Positions 8,391 to 17,872 of a stretch of 64,000 nucleotides of DNA are shown here, in pieces. The stretch's first letter is position 1, and each line of letters starts with the position of its first letter. Made by a program: the position numbers and the translations under genes. The notes beneath the pieces are model-generated. The model saw only the letters and a list, made by a program, of their open reading frames with translations, did not search any database and was not told where the DNA came from. The DNA comes from Bifidobacteriaceae bacterium (GTDB lineage: Bacteria; Actinomycetota; Actinomycetes; Actinomycetales; Bifidobacteriaceae). The DNA is taken from positions 30,972-94,971 of the forward strand of contig JALCOX010000001.1 of NCBI GenBank assembly GCA_022649925.1, in the 5' to 3' direction.

Positions 8391-10616
8391 TCAGCGGCCG
8401 CCGAACGAACCGCCTCCGAAGCCGCCTCCGCCCCCGCCGAAGCCGCCGCCACCTGAGAAGGATCCGCCTGACGATCCACCCGACGAGTCGTAACTCGCCG
8501 AGGTTGCTGCGGAGACGGTCGATTGAATATCGGCCAGGTTGGACGACAGCGAACCCGAGATATCGCCGAGGTCAAAGCCGGGTCCAGTACTCATTGCCGA
8601 GAAATCATCTGCGGCATGAGGGTTATACCCGAAATAGGGGCGGTAATAGCAATACAACAGCGAATACTGAGTCGCCTCCGTGGCACCCCACATGCCTGGC
8701 TCCGCCAAGTGAGGATCGTTGACGAGAAGCTGGTACGAGACTTCTTTGGAGATGCCAAAGGATGCCGCGTACACCAGGTAGCGGTCCCAGAGAGCAAGGT
8801 CCTGAACTCCACGATCCTTGAACGAGCTGAAATCGAGGAGGTAGTTGCGCAGACCCACAACCTTGCCCGCCCACTCTTGACCCGCCTGTGTCAGTACCGT
8901 ACCAGTGTTCCACCTGTTGCAGAAGAAGCCGACGAAAAGTCCGACGAAGCCCAATACCAGTCCAATGAGAACCTGGCCCGTGAGGGAGAAGTAGATGCCA
9001 GCCGCGAGACCGCTGACCAACAGCAGGAGCACTGGAAGCCCCCGCAACGCGAAACGGCCTGAGGTCGCTTGGAGTTGATTGAACTCGTTCTCGCCTTCGC
9101 TGTAGAGATCGTCGAGCTGGTGGGACACTGCGATGGCCTGCGATTGGGAGGAAGGCTGTTTCAGCAGCTTATTTATCGCTGTGAGATCGAAATATCCGCG
9201 GTCTTCTGCGGCCTCGTCCATTGACTTCAAGGCATCGAGCGTTCGTTTCTCGGAGGTGCTCAGGTGCGTATGCGCAGCGGCTTTCTCACTGAGGATGACG
9301 ACGGTCAGCGCATGCTCGTCGTGAACCAGTGGTGAGGTGCTGCTTCCGAGCGCATAGATATCCGCAGTGGAGGGGTCGTCGGAGGCCACGACGGCGTCGA
9401 GAGTGGGCGTGGCGCCGCTTTCCTGTGGGGCGACACCTGGCAGCAGCAGGATGGCTTTCTTGGAGGCGAGTGACAGGAGCGTGGACGTGAGCTCGCGGGA
9501 CTTGAGTTCCTTGCTGGACACGGGCTCCATGACGTTGAGCATGTGGGCCGCCGCCGCGGGGCTCATGGCAGGAGGCTCACGCCAATAGTCGAGAGCGCCG
9601 GAATATTGGGATTGGCGGCGCATGACAATGGCGCCGACGATGGCCCATATGCTCAGGCCGACGATCACAACGGCAGAGACGATCCACAGAGTCAATCTGA
9701 TGATTGCCGCTTTTCTCTGATCGGCCCGCCATCCTGATTCCTTGCCGTCCTCTTCGGCCATGATCGTGTTCTTCGCGGGTGTCTCAGAGATCTTTGACTC
9801 CGGCACGTCGTCGTTCATGGCGGTGGCGTCGAACATCGCGCGAACGTCGAGATAGTTGCCGGGTTGCACGTTTTCCGCTGTGAACTTCAGCTCGCCGTTG
9901 CTTCCGCGCGCCGTGGTTGACGCCGATTCGTAGTGCAGCCATGCCCAGGAGTTCTTCGCAGTGATTCCTCGAGGCCAGCTCACGGTGCCACTGACATGAT
10001 CGACGGGTATCGTATTCGAGACTCCGATGGGTTCCCACTGGAATTCGGCCACGTCGGGATGGACGGAAACGGCCTCCGTGAACGTCATGCCGATGGTGAA
10101 TGTCATGCTCGTCTCTGAGTAGGTGGCAGGGATGTTCCACCCGATCTCGATGGTGCCAGGGTGGGACCGGGACACTTCTTCCGAGGAATAGCTCTTGTAC
10201 CACGTGCCGGCCATCTCGGAGTCCCAGTCGACCCCGTCGTCGTCTGCATCTGAGGGGAGCTCAGGCGCCGTTTTTGTGTAGTCTTCGTCGGTGGTGTCGT
10301 TGCGAACAGAGACGTCAGTGATGTCAAAGTACTGGCTGCCGTCGCGCTTGTAGGTCTGGAAGAGTTGGCGCCAGGGTTGATCGTCGTCGCGCTCGTCCAT
10401 GTGAATGGTGACCTTTTGCGTCACTCGGACGTCCCCGTTGGCCTTCACCTGCGCGTGATAATCGAGATTGGTGTAGCGCATCTCGGAATCTGAGCCCGCC
10501 CCGAACATCGCCGAAATACCGAAGGCGAAAAGTCCGACGATCAGGGTGAGCATGAGTGCGGTGAGCAACGCCTTGATGAGGCGTGCAGTACCGCCGCGTG
10601 AACGGGTGGAGGCCAT
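8391..10616 (-). CDS. DUF2207-like membrane protein with glycine-rich C-terminal tail
   Basis: Has an N-terminal signal or TM segment, a large extracytoplasmic domain, a central and C-terminal TM cluster, and the tail GGSSGGSFSGGGGFGGGGGGFGGGSFGGR. It lies immediately downstream of lemA, which is the usual partner. Confidence 0.75.
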   Translation of the reverse strand: MASTRSRGGTARLIKALLTALMLTLIVGLFAFGISAMFGAGSDSEMRYTNLDYHAQVKANGDVRVTQKVTIHMDERDDDQPWRQLFQTYKRDGSQYFDITDVSVRNDTTDEDYTKTAPELPSDADDDGVDWDSEMAGTWYKSYSSEEVSRSHPGTIEIGWNIPATYSETSMTFTIGMTFTEAVSVHPDVAEFQWEPIGVSNTIPVDHVSGTVSWPRGITAKNSWAWLHYESASTTARGSNGELKFTAENVQPGNYLDVRAMFDATAMNDDVPESKISETPAKNTIMAEEDGKESGWRADQRKAAIIRLTLWIVSAVVIVGLSIWAIVGAIVMRRQSQYSGALDYWREPPAMSPAAAAHMLNVMEPVSSKELKSRELTSTLLSLASKKAILLLPGVAPQESGATPTLDAVVASDDPSTADIYALGSSTSPLVHDEHALTVVILSEKAAAHTHLSTSEKRTLDALKSMDEAAEDRGYFDLTAINKLLKQPSSQSQAIAVSHQLDDLYSEGENEFNQLQATSGRFALRGLPVLLLLVSGLAAGIYFSLTGQVLIGLVLGFVGLFVGFFCNRWNTGTVLTQAGQEWAGKVVGLRNYLLDFSSFKDRGVQDLALWDRYLVYAASFGISKEVSYQLLVNDPHLAEPGMWGATEATQYSLLYCYYRPYFGYNPHAADDFSAMSTGPGFDLGDISGSLSSNLADIQSTVSAATSASYDSSGGSSGGSFSGGGGFGGGGGGFGGGSFGGR

Positions 10617-10650
10617 GATTTCTTCTCTCGGTGCCTAAGGTTTTTGGTGC

Positions 10651-11211
10651 TTAGAACTTGACCTGGGGAACGGTCCTCGCCGCTTCATCGGTCTGGAAGT
10701 ATTGACGCTGCTCAAAGTGGAACATGCCCGCCACGATGTTGGAGGGGAAAGTCTGCAACGAGTTGTTGTACTTGAGCACGACATCGTTGTAGAACTGGCG
10801 CGCGTAGGCGATTTTCTCCTCGAGCGCCTTCAGCTGGGTCTGCAAATCGATGAAGTTCTGGTTCGCCTTGAGGTCGGGATAGGCCTCTGAGGTCGCAAGA
10901 ACGTTGACGAGCGCCTTGGACAGCTCGCTCTCCGCCTGCGCGCGTTGGGCGACCGACGTGGCACCCGCGGCGGCGGCCCGGGCTTGAGTGACATGCTCGA
11001 AAGTCTGCGACTCGTGAGTTGCATACCCCTTGACGGTTTCCACGAGGTTGGGAATGAGATCCGCCCTCTGCTTGAGTTGAACGTCAATCTGGGCCCAACC
11101 GTTGTCCACCATATTGCGGGTGCGGACCAGTGAGTTGTAAGCGTGGATGAACCACCAGACGACGATGACGAGGATGACGACGATGACAATCGGAATAATA
11201 AATGTGCTCAT
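10651..11211 (-). CDS. lemA: LemA family protein
   Basis: Has a single N-terminal TM segment and the LemA-type motif QFYNDVVLKYNNSLQTFPSNIVAGMF. Confidence 0.9.
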   Translation of the reverse strand: MSTFIIPIVIVVILVIVVWWFIHAYNSLVRTRNMVDNGWAQIDVQLKQRADLIPNLVETVKGYATHESQTFEHVTQARAAAAGATSVAQRAQAESELSKALVNVLATSEAYPDLKANQNFIDLQTQLKALEEKIAYARQFYNDVVLKYNNSLQTFPSNIVAGMFHFEQRQYFQTDEAARTVPQVKF

Positions 11212-11351
11212 GAGTCAAGTATGGCATGTAAGACTGGAAGATGAAGGTAGGAACGCACCGAAGAAGGGCGTTCACATGTGGTCAGGTAGACTTTGAAAGG
11301 ATGCCTGAAACATTCTCCCATCGCAATGACGGGAAAGGAGAATTCACAACC

Positions 11352-12515
11352 GTGACAACCGAAAATACACCGCAGGTGCGTTTCGGCGTGACGAAGGAGA
11401 CCTCCGAGCACGAAGCTCGCGTCGCCCTCACGCCGGAAATCGTAACCCGCTTGGCAAAGAAGTCGGTGAATTGCCTCATTGAGTCCGGAGCGGGACTCTC
11501 TGCAGGGTTCGCCGATGATCAATACGCAGCCGCAGGGGCAAAGATCGCCACACGCGACGAGGTCCTTACTGGCTCAGATGCGCTTGGCTTCATCGAAAGG
11601 CCGGAGGGGGAGACGCTCGACAGGATTCCGCGTGGAACCTGGATCATCGGCATGCTCTCGTCCTTCTCAGATAAGGACTACGTGAGCTCACTGGAGAACC
11701 ACGGCCTCGTGGGAGTCGCTATGGAGCAGCTTCCGCGTCAGCTCAGTTCCGCGCAGTCCATGGATGCCATGACCTCGCAGAATTCCGTCATGGGGTATAA
11801 GGCGGCCGTGAAGGCAGCCGATGAGTACGGTGCTTTCTTCCCCATGATGACGACTGCCGCAGGCACCATCCGGCCCGCGAAGGTTCTCATATTGGGTGCG
11901 GGCATCGCGGGACTTCAGGCCATTGGCACGGCGCGTCGCCTCGGGGCTGTCGTCACGGCGTACGACGTGCGCCCCGCTTCCAAGGGCGAGGTTGAATCCC
12001 TGGGCGCCAGTTTCCTCGATCTTGGACTCGATTTTTCACAGGGTCAAGGGGAGGGCGGCTACGCACGTGAGCTCAGCGCCGAAGAGCGCGCTGCTCAGCA
12101 AGCGGCCGTCGACTCGAAAGCCGCCGGCTTCGACGTCATCATTACTACCGCGAAGGTCCCCGGACGCAAGCCTCCAGTACTTCTGACGGCGGCGGGCATC
12201 GACGGGTTGCATACGGGCGCCGTCGTTCTCGACTGCGCCGCCAGCGATCTGGGCGGCAACGTTGAGGGATCCAAGCCCAACGAAACCGTGGTCACTGAAC
12301 ATGGCGTCCGCATTCTCGGAATGCCGTCGCTGGCCTCCGAGGTCCCCACGACCGCTTCCAATCTGTTTGCTCGCAACGTGGCGGATATTCTTGTCCACTT
12401 CATCTCCGACTCCGGCCTCACCGTGACACCCGGGGAGGAACTGGACGATTCCCTCATCGTGAGCGGCGCCCCTGCCGCACCTGCAGCAGACGCAGAAAGG
12501 ACGGATCAGCAATGA
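11352..12515 (+). CDS. pntAA: NAD(P) transhydrogenase subunit alpha part 1
   Basis: Alanine dehydrogenase/PNT-like, with the Rossmann motif LILGAGIAGLQAIGTARRLGA. I chose the GTG at 11352, preceded by AAAGGAG. The listed ORF start is 11241. Confidence 0.85.
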   Translation: MTTENTPQVRFGVTKETSEHEARVALTPEIVTRLAKKSVNCLIESGAGLSAGFADDQYAAAGAKIATRDEVLTGSDALGFIERPEGETLDRIPRGTWIIGMLSSFSDKDYVSSLENHGLVGVAMEQLPRQLSSAQSMDAMTSQNSVMGYKAAVKAADEYGAFFPMMTTAAGTIRPAKVLILGAGIAGLQAIGTARRLGAVVTAYDVRPASKGEVESLGASFLDLGLDFSQGQGEGGYARELSAEERAAQQAAVDSKAAGFDVIITTAKVPGRKPPVLLTAAGIDGLHTGAVVLDCAASDLGGNVEGSKPNETVVTEHGVRILGMPSLASEVPTTASNLFARNVADILVHFISDSGLTVTPGEELDDSLIVSGAPAAPAADAERTDQQ

Positions 12516-12850
12516 GTAGCCTTGTCGTACCAATCACACTTTTCATTCTCGCGCTCCTCATCGGAGTCGAGGTCATTGGAAAGGTTCCCGCGACGCTGCA
12601 TACGCCGCTGATGTCGGGCGCCAACTCCATTCACGGAATCGTCATCGTCGGCGTGGTCCTGGTGACTGCTGACGCCGACTCCGTGCTGGGCTACATCTTC
12701 ATCTTCCTCGCCGCAGTGCTGGGAACGATGAACGTTGTCGGTGGCTATGTCGTCACCGACAGAATGCTCGAGATGTTCAAGTCCTCAAAGCCCGCCAAGG
12801 GTTCCAAGGACTCGGACAAGGCCGCCGCGAAAGAGGAGGCTGCACAGTGA
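12512..12850 (+). CDS. pntAB: NAD(P) transhydrogenase subunit alpha part 2 (membrane)
   Basis: A hydrophobic protein of about 110 aa between pntAA and pntB, with 4-nt overlaps on both sides. Confidence 0.85.
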   Translation: MSSLVVPITLFILALLIGVEVIGKVPATLHTPLMSGANSIHGIVIVGVVLVTADADSVLGYIFIFLAAVLGTMNVVGGYVVTDRMLEMFKSSKPAKGSKDSDKAAAKEEAAQ

Positions 12851-14259
12851 GTGTCATCGATACCATTGCATGGTTTGTCTATCTGTTGGCGGCGGTGCTC
12901 TTCGTCGTCGGTCTTCACGACATGAACTCACCGAAGACCGCACGTCAAGGTAACAGAATTTCAGCGTTCGGCATGATTCTCGCCGTGATCATGGCCTTCA
13001 TATCGCTCTTCGTCAAGGGCTTTGTGAGCACGACGGCCGTCATCGTACTCGTTGTGGGTATCGCCATCGGCGCGGTCGCTGGCGTGCTGAGTGCCAAGAA
13101 GGTCAAGATGACCGACATGCCCCAGCTTGTTTCCGTGTTCAACACGGTTGGTGGCGGTGCTGCGGCGCTGGTGGCGCTCAACGACATTCTGACCTCGAAG
13201 GGCGGTCCGACGTCTGTGGTGCTCGTCACTGCGGGCCTGGGCATTGTCATCGGTTCAGTCACCTTCACCGGTTCGCTCATCGCCGCCGGTAAGCTGCAGG
13301 GCATCGTTCCGGGCAAGCCCTTGGTGCTTCCCGCTCAGACGCTGTGGAACAACGTGGTGATCCTCGCAACGATTGTCAGCTTCGTGCTGCTCATCATCGA
13401 TCACTCCCACACCGGGCTCTGGGCGATTTTGGCCACGGTGTTCGCCATGATCTACGGTCTGTTGTTCGTGTTCCCCATCGGCGGCGCGGATATGCCAGTC
13501 GTCATTTCCGTCTTGAACGCTTGCACTGGTACTGCTGTGGCAATGAGTGGTCTCGCAATCGATAACGTTGCGTTAATTGTCGCTGGTGCCCTCGTGGGTG
13601 CCGCGGGTGTCACGCTGTCGGTACTCATGGCAAAGGCCATGAATCGTCCGCTCACGGCCGTCCTATCCGGTGGTTTTGGTGGCGGTAACGCCGCCGCAAC
13701 CAGCGAGGGAGAGGGGCCTGAAGGAACGATGCGCGAGACGACGGCGGACGATGTCGCCGTCCAGCTCGTCTACGCCGACAAGGTCATCTTCGTGCCTGGC
13801 TTCGGCTTGGCGCAGGCGCAGGCGCAGCGAACGCTCGCTGACTTGGGCGAGCTGCTCAAGGGACACGGGGTGCAAGTCTCATACGCGATTCACCCGGTTG
13901 CTGGACGCATGCCCGGGCACATGAACGTGCTGCTCGCAGAGGCGAATGTTCCCTACGAGGAGCTCATCGATCTCGACGACATCAACCCGCAGTTCAGCTC
14001 GGCCAACGTCGCACTCGTCGTAGGCGCCAACGACGTCACAAATCCGGCCGCACGACGCCCCGGGACCCCGGTTTCAGGCATGCCGATTCTCGATGTTGAC
14101 CAAGCACAGAATGTGGTCGTCATCAAGCGTGGCCGTGGTAAGGGCTACGCGGGCATCGAAAACGAGTTGTACTTCGAGGACAACACGCAGATGCTCTTCG
14201 GTGATGCCAAGGTGGAGCTGCAGGACATCATTGCTGCAGTCAAGGAGCTCATCGACTAG
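12847..14259 (+). CDS. pntB: NAD(P) transhydrogenase subunit beta
   Basis: Has a multi-TM N-terminal half and a C-terminal NADP(H) domain with YAIHPVAGRMPGHMNVLLAEA. Confidence 0.9.
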   Translation: MSVIDTIAWFVYLLAAVLFVVGLHDMNSPKTARQGNRISAFGMILAVIMAFISLFVKGFVSTTAVIVLVVGIAIGAVAGVLSAKKVKMTDMPQLVSVFNTVGGGAAALVALNDILTSKGGPTSVVLVTAGLGIVIGSVTFTGSLIAAGKLQGIVPGKPLVLPAQTLWNNVVILATIVSFVLLIIDHSHTGLWAILATVFAMIYGLLFVFPIGGADMPVVISVLNACTGTAVAMSGLAIDNVALIVAGALVGAAGVTLSVLMAKAMNRPLTAVLSGGFGGGNAAATSEGEGPEGTMRETTADDVAVQLVYADKVIFVPGFGLAQAQAQRTLADLGELLKGHGVQVSYAIHPVAGRMPGHMNVLLAEANVPYEELIDLDDINPQFSSANVALVVGANDVTNPAARRPGTPVSGMPILDVDQAQNVVVIKRGRGKGYAGIENELYFEDNTQMLFGDAKVELQDIIAAVKELID

Positions 14260-14298
14260 AGGTTGCGGCGTCTGTCTTCGCTTCCCGCTGTGTGTCAC

Positions 14299-14370
14299 GG
14301 TGTGGCGGCCTTCGGTGTGTGCTGTGAATGATTGCAGCACATCCATCCCAAGGCCGCCACACTTTTGTTG
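14299..14370 (+). terminator. Compound stem-loop plus T-tract after pntB
   Basis: GGTGTGGCGGCCTT pairs with AAGGCCGCCACAC around an inner TGTGCTG/CAGCACA hairpin, followed by TTTTGTTG. Confidence 0.7.
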
Positions 14371-14516
14371 TAAGTAGGGGTGTGGTAGTCTCTTTCAGGT
14401 GCTTTGGCGAGGGGAGTGTTACTCCCGTAATCGACTCGGCGGTAGTGGTTCACGTTTATGTGTTCCTCCTATCAGGTCCTCGCAAAGAAGCGAAACAACG
14501 ATACAAGGAGGAAATT

Positions 14517-15167
14517 ATGGCAGATCGAATGAGACTTGAAGGCGAAGAGCGCACTGAGTTCGGCAAGGGTGCGGCACGCCGTATCCGCATGAAGCAGCAG
14601 GTTCTGGCAACCGTGTACGCGGGTGGCAAGGATCCGCTGTTCCTGCAGCTGCCTATGCGCGAGACCAACAACGCTCTGCGTCGTAAGAATGCACTGTTCG
14701 AGCTCGTCTTCGGCAAGGAAGATCGCTTGGCTGTCGTCAAGGACATCCAGCGCAATCCTGTGAAGCAGATCGTCGAGCACATCGACTTCTACGAGGTCAC
14801 CGCCGGTGAGAAGATCACGGTTGAGGTTCCGATCTTCGTCGAGGGCGAGACCAAGGGCAATGGCGTTGCCTTCGTCGACGTTCAGCAGCTCCCTGTGCGC
14901 GCAGACGTCACCAACCTGCCGGAGAGCTTCACGCTGTCCGTCGAAGGTCTGCAGGAAGGCGACAAGGTCTTCGCCAAGGACATCAAGCTCCCCGAGGGTG
15001 TCGAACTCGCAGACGTGGATCCCGAAGAATCCATCGTCAGCGTTCAGATTCCTCAGGAAGAGGTTGCTCCGGAACCCGTCGCCGCTGCAGTTCCTGCAGA
15101 GGGCGAGGATGCCGAGGCTCCTGCAGAGGGCGACGAAGAGGCAGCTCCTGCCGCAGACGAGAAGTGA
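14517..15167 (+). CDS. rplY: 50S ribosomal protein L25 / general stress protein Ctc
   Basis: The N-terminus MADRMRLEGEERTEFGKGAARRIR is L25-like, and there is an acidic Ala/Glu/Pro-rich C-terminal extension. AAGGAGG lies 6 nt upstream of the ATG at 14517. Confidence 0.9.
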   Translation: MADRMRLEGEERTEFGKGAARRIRMKQQVLATVYAGGKDPLFLQLPMRETNNALRRKNALFELVFGKEDRLAVVKDIQRNPVKQIVEHIDFYEVTAGEKITVEVPIFVEGETKGNGVAFVDVQQLPVRADVTNLPESFTLSVEGLQEGDKVFAKDIKLPEGVELADVDPEESIVSVQIPQEEVAPEPVAAAVPAEGEDAEAPAEGDEEAAPAADEK

Positions 15168-15195
15168 GAAATTTCTCGCTTTCGTCTTTTATTGT

Positions 15196-15229
15196 GAAAA
15201 CCCGCGTCCATGTGACGCGGGTTTTCTCT
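15196..15229 (+). terminator. Rho-independent terminator after rplY
   Basis: GAAAACCCGCGTC, loop CATGT, GACGCGGGTTTTC, followed by a T-tract. Confidence 0.85.
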
Positions 15230-15412
15230 ATGATGAGAACCAGACTTCTGCGGATACCCTGATGCCCACAAAAAGGACTCAGCTCCGTGGTCAGTATCTG
15301 GGCACAAGAAATCACATTGTGAACAAAAACCGACACGGTATCCACATGGTGAGATAGTTAACGAAACTCTTCGGGGTCACGACCTGTCCAGTGATTCCAA
15401 GAAAGGTGAAAA

Positions 15413-16543
15413 ATGACAGAGAATTCACATCATGATTCTGCCGAAGTGACGGAACTGGCAAAGAAGTTCAACGTTCTTCCCAACGAGAATCCGGCAAGCG
15501 ACGCGCGTCGCCAAGAGCTCATTGACAAGCCGGCCTTCGGACAGCTTTTCTCTGACAACATGGCACATATCACCTGGACGGAAGGCGAGGGCTGGAACGA
15601 CCGTCGTATCGAGCCGTACGGTCCACTCAAGCTTGACCCGGGCGCCTCTGTCCTGCATTATGCTCAGGAAGTTTTCGAGGGTCTGAAGGCGTATCACCAC
15701 GCCGATGGTTCCGTGTGGCTGTTCCGTCCGGACGCCAACGCCGAGCGTTTCCAAAACTCAGCGGAGCGCCTGAGCCTGCCTCAGTTGAGCGCAGACGACT
15801 TCATCGGTTCCGTTGCCTCGCTCGTTCAGCGCGACAAGGCGTGGGTTCCCACCCGTCGTGAGTACACGCTCTACATGCGCCCGTTCATGTTCGCATCCGA
15901 GCCCTTCCTCGGTGTTCGCAAGGCGAAGGAAGTTGACTACTGCGTCATCGCCTCTCCCTCTGGCCCCTACTTCACCGGAGGCGTCAAGCCAGTGAGCATC
16001 TGGGTGGAAGACAAGTGGTTCCGCACCGGTCCTGGCGGCACCGGCTTCGCCAAGTGTGGCGGCAACTACGCCGCTTCACTCGTGGGCGAGTATAACGGCA
16101 TCAACCATGGCTGCGAGCAGGTTTGCTTCGTGGACGCGGCGACCAAGACGTACCTCGAGGAACTCGGTGGCATGAACATGTTCACCGTGCACAAGGATGG
16201 ACACCTCGAGACCCCGAGCCTCACCGGCACAATTCTTCCGGGTGTGACTCGTCGTTCGATCATTCAGCTCGCTAAGGATCACGGCCGCGACGTTGTCGAG
16301 ACCATGATCAAGCTCGACGATCTGCTTGAGGATATCAAGTCCGGCGAGGTCACCGAGGTGTTTGCGTGCGGAACTGCCGCCATCGTGACTCCGATTGGTC
16401 GCTTCAAGTCCGAGAAGTTTGACGTAACCGTCGGTAACAATGAATCCGGCAAGTTCACCGTCGATCTGCGCAATGAACTCCTCGGCATTCAGCTGGGTGA
16501 GATCGAGGATCCTCACGAGTGGATGTGGAAGATCTGCGACTGA
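15413..16543 (+). CDS. ilvE: Branched-chain amino acid aminotransferase
   Basis: Class IV aminotransferase features are present (AQEVFEGLKAY, and a GGNYAASL-type region). The length of 376 aa is typical of the actinobacterial IlvE. Confidence 0.9.
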   Translation: MTENSHHDSAEVTELAKKFNVLPNENPASDARRQELIDKPAFGQLFSDNMAHITWTEGEGWNDRRIEPYGPLKLDPGASVLHYAQEVFEGLKAYHHADGSVWLFRPDANAERFQNSAERLSLPQLSADDFIGSVASLVQRDKAWVPTRREYTLYMRPFMFASEPFLGVRKAKEVDYCVIASPSGPYFTGGVKPVSIWVEDKWFRTGPGGTGFAKCGGNYAASLVGEYNGINHGCEQVCFVDAATKTYLEELGGMNMFTVHKDGHLETPSLTGTILPGVTRRSIIQLAKDHGRDVVETMIKLDDLLEDIKSGEVTEVFACGTAAIVTPIGRFKSEKFDVTVGNNESGKFTVDLRNELLGIQLGEIEDPHEWMWKICD

Positions 16544-16559
16544 TTTCACAGTCCTGTGC

Positions 16560-16606
16560 AAGCCTCCGAGACTCCTGAATTTACAGAGTTTCGGAGGCTT
16601 TTGCGT
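16560..16606 (+). terminator. Rho-independent terminator after ilvE
   Basis: AGCCTCCGAGACTC pairs with GAGTTTCGGAGGCT (13 of 14 positions), followed by TTTTGCGTT. Confidence 0.8.
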
Positions 16607-16669
16607 TGGCAGTGTGGTTTTTGAAGTAAGTCCTTCAATTGGAACCGAGGCCCGTGTCGCAGCTCTGGT

Positions 16670-16798
16670 GAGCGGATTTTCCATCTGATGTGCGGTTTTG
16701 TTCGAGAATATTCGTGCAGAGGTCTGAAATTGGCCGAAGTTCCTCGGAAACTATCCATGTGTCCGGAATTATCCGCACATCAGATGGAAGATCCGCTC
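16670..16798. mobile_element. MITE-like element A (26-bp terminal inverted repeats, 77-bp spacer)
   Basis: GAGCGGATTTTCCATCTGATGTGCGG at 16670-16695 matches the reverse complement of 16773-16798 with 1 mismatch. It is related to the element at 28117-28270. Confidence 0.5.
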
Positions 16799-16941
16799 AT
16801 GCGATGGGTTCTATCTTCATGGGCGGGACAGGGGAGCGTGTGAACTCTTCTCTTAGGCACCTTAAATTCCCGACACCCTAGCGAAACTTGCTCGCTGCGC
16901 TATGCTCAATTTGTCCGATAATTTCTGCAAAGGGGAGTGCG

Positions 16942-17619
16942 ATGAGTTCGCAGATGCTCAACAGCGTGATCGAGTATCTCGCCGTCGTTGCGTGCGGCAT
17001 CTCAGGGGGACTTCCCGCCATTAAGAAGCACTATGACGTGTTTTCGGTGCTCATCATCGCCTGGCTCACAGCTGTGGGCGGAGGTCTCATTCGCGATGTA
17101 TTGCTCGGTGCCGTTCCGCCCGTCGGAGTTTCGGACAAGTGGCTGATACTGATGGCTTTCGCCTCGGGCGTCATCTGCCTCGTTTTTTATCCCGAAATCA
17201 CGGATCTCAAGCGTTCAATGCTCGTATCTGATGCGCTTGCACTTGGACTCTTCGCCGTCAACGGCACGATGAAGGCACTCAATTATGGCTCGTCCATGAC
17301 AACCGCCGTTTTTCTTGGGATGGCCACAGCTTTGGGTGGAGGTCTCATTCGCGACATCTTGCTCAACGTCGAGCCGGCAGTGCTGCGAGACAAACACTTT
17401 TATGCGTTCCCGTCCCTTCTCGGTTGCGTGCTGACGGCCGTGGTATATCGCGTTGTCCAATGGGACGTAGTGTCGAACTGGTGGAGCATTCCCTTGAACG
17501 TCGTCGTCATCGTGACGGTGGTTGCTCTCCGACTACTTTCCGTGAAGCTCAACATCCTGTTGCCTGGGCCCGTTCCGCGCACCCACTCGCATATCAAACG
17601 GCGTCACAGGGGCGGATGA
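16942..17619 (+). CDS. UPF0126 / TRIC-like cation channel family membrane protein
   Basis: Has two internal repeats, each with GGGLIRD(V/I)LL, and 7 predicted TM segments. AAGGGGA lies upstream of the ATG at 16942. Confidence 0.8.
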   Translation: MSSQMLNSVIEYLAVVACGISGGLPAIKKHYDVFSVLIIAWLTAVGGGLIRDVLLGAVPPVGVSDKWLILMAFASGVICLVFYPEITDLKRSMLVSDALALGLFAVNGTMKALNYGSSMTTAVFLGMATALGGGLIRDILLNVEPAVLRDKHFYAFPSLLGCVLTAVVYRVVQWDVVSNWWSIPLNVVVIVTVVALRLLSVKLNILLPGPVPRTHSHIKRRHRGG

Positions 17620-17711
17620 ATAAGACGTTACAGGGGCATAATTGGTCGGTCTCGGTCAATCCATTTCGCACTGATGACCAAAACTTCAGGGGTGCGAAAT
17701 CCCGGGCTGAT

Positions 17712-17793
17712 TTGACACGAGTTGACACGTCCCGACCGTTCCAACACCTGTGACACCCATGACACCCATGACGGCTCTTGACAGTTCTTGACA
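17712..17793. repeat. Cluster of three pairs of short direct repeats, each containing TGACA
   Basis: TTGACACG occurs twice (17712, 17722), GACACCCAT twice (17752, 17761) and CTTGACA twice (17777, 17787). Confidence 0.7.
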
Positions 17794-17820
17794 ATAAAAA
17801 AGCCCTCCCGAAGGAGGGCA
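17794..17820 (-). terminator. Rho-independent terminator for rpsT
   Basis: On the minus strand the sequence reads GCCCTCC, loop TTCG, GGAGGGC, then TTTTTTATT. Confidence 0.85.
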
Positions 17821-17872
17821 AATATGAAACGGCGTGAAACCTTGCCGCCTCATGAAACGCTGATCAGTTGAT

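Noticed and set aside
16799-16941. A possible glycine riboswitch upstream of the UPF0126 (glycine-transporter-like) gene.
   Set aside because: I can see no tandem aptamer features, such as conserved GGAGAG...CACCG...GGGCAA-type cores. The region is mostly occupied by the MITE-like element.
17680-17725. GGTGCGAAATCCCGGGC, which looks like a tRNA T-arm.
   Set aside because: No acceptor stem, D-arm or anticodon arm can be built around it, so it is not a tRNA or tRNA fragment that I can support.
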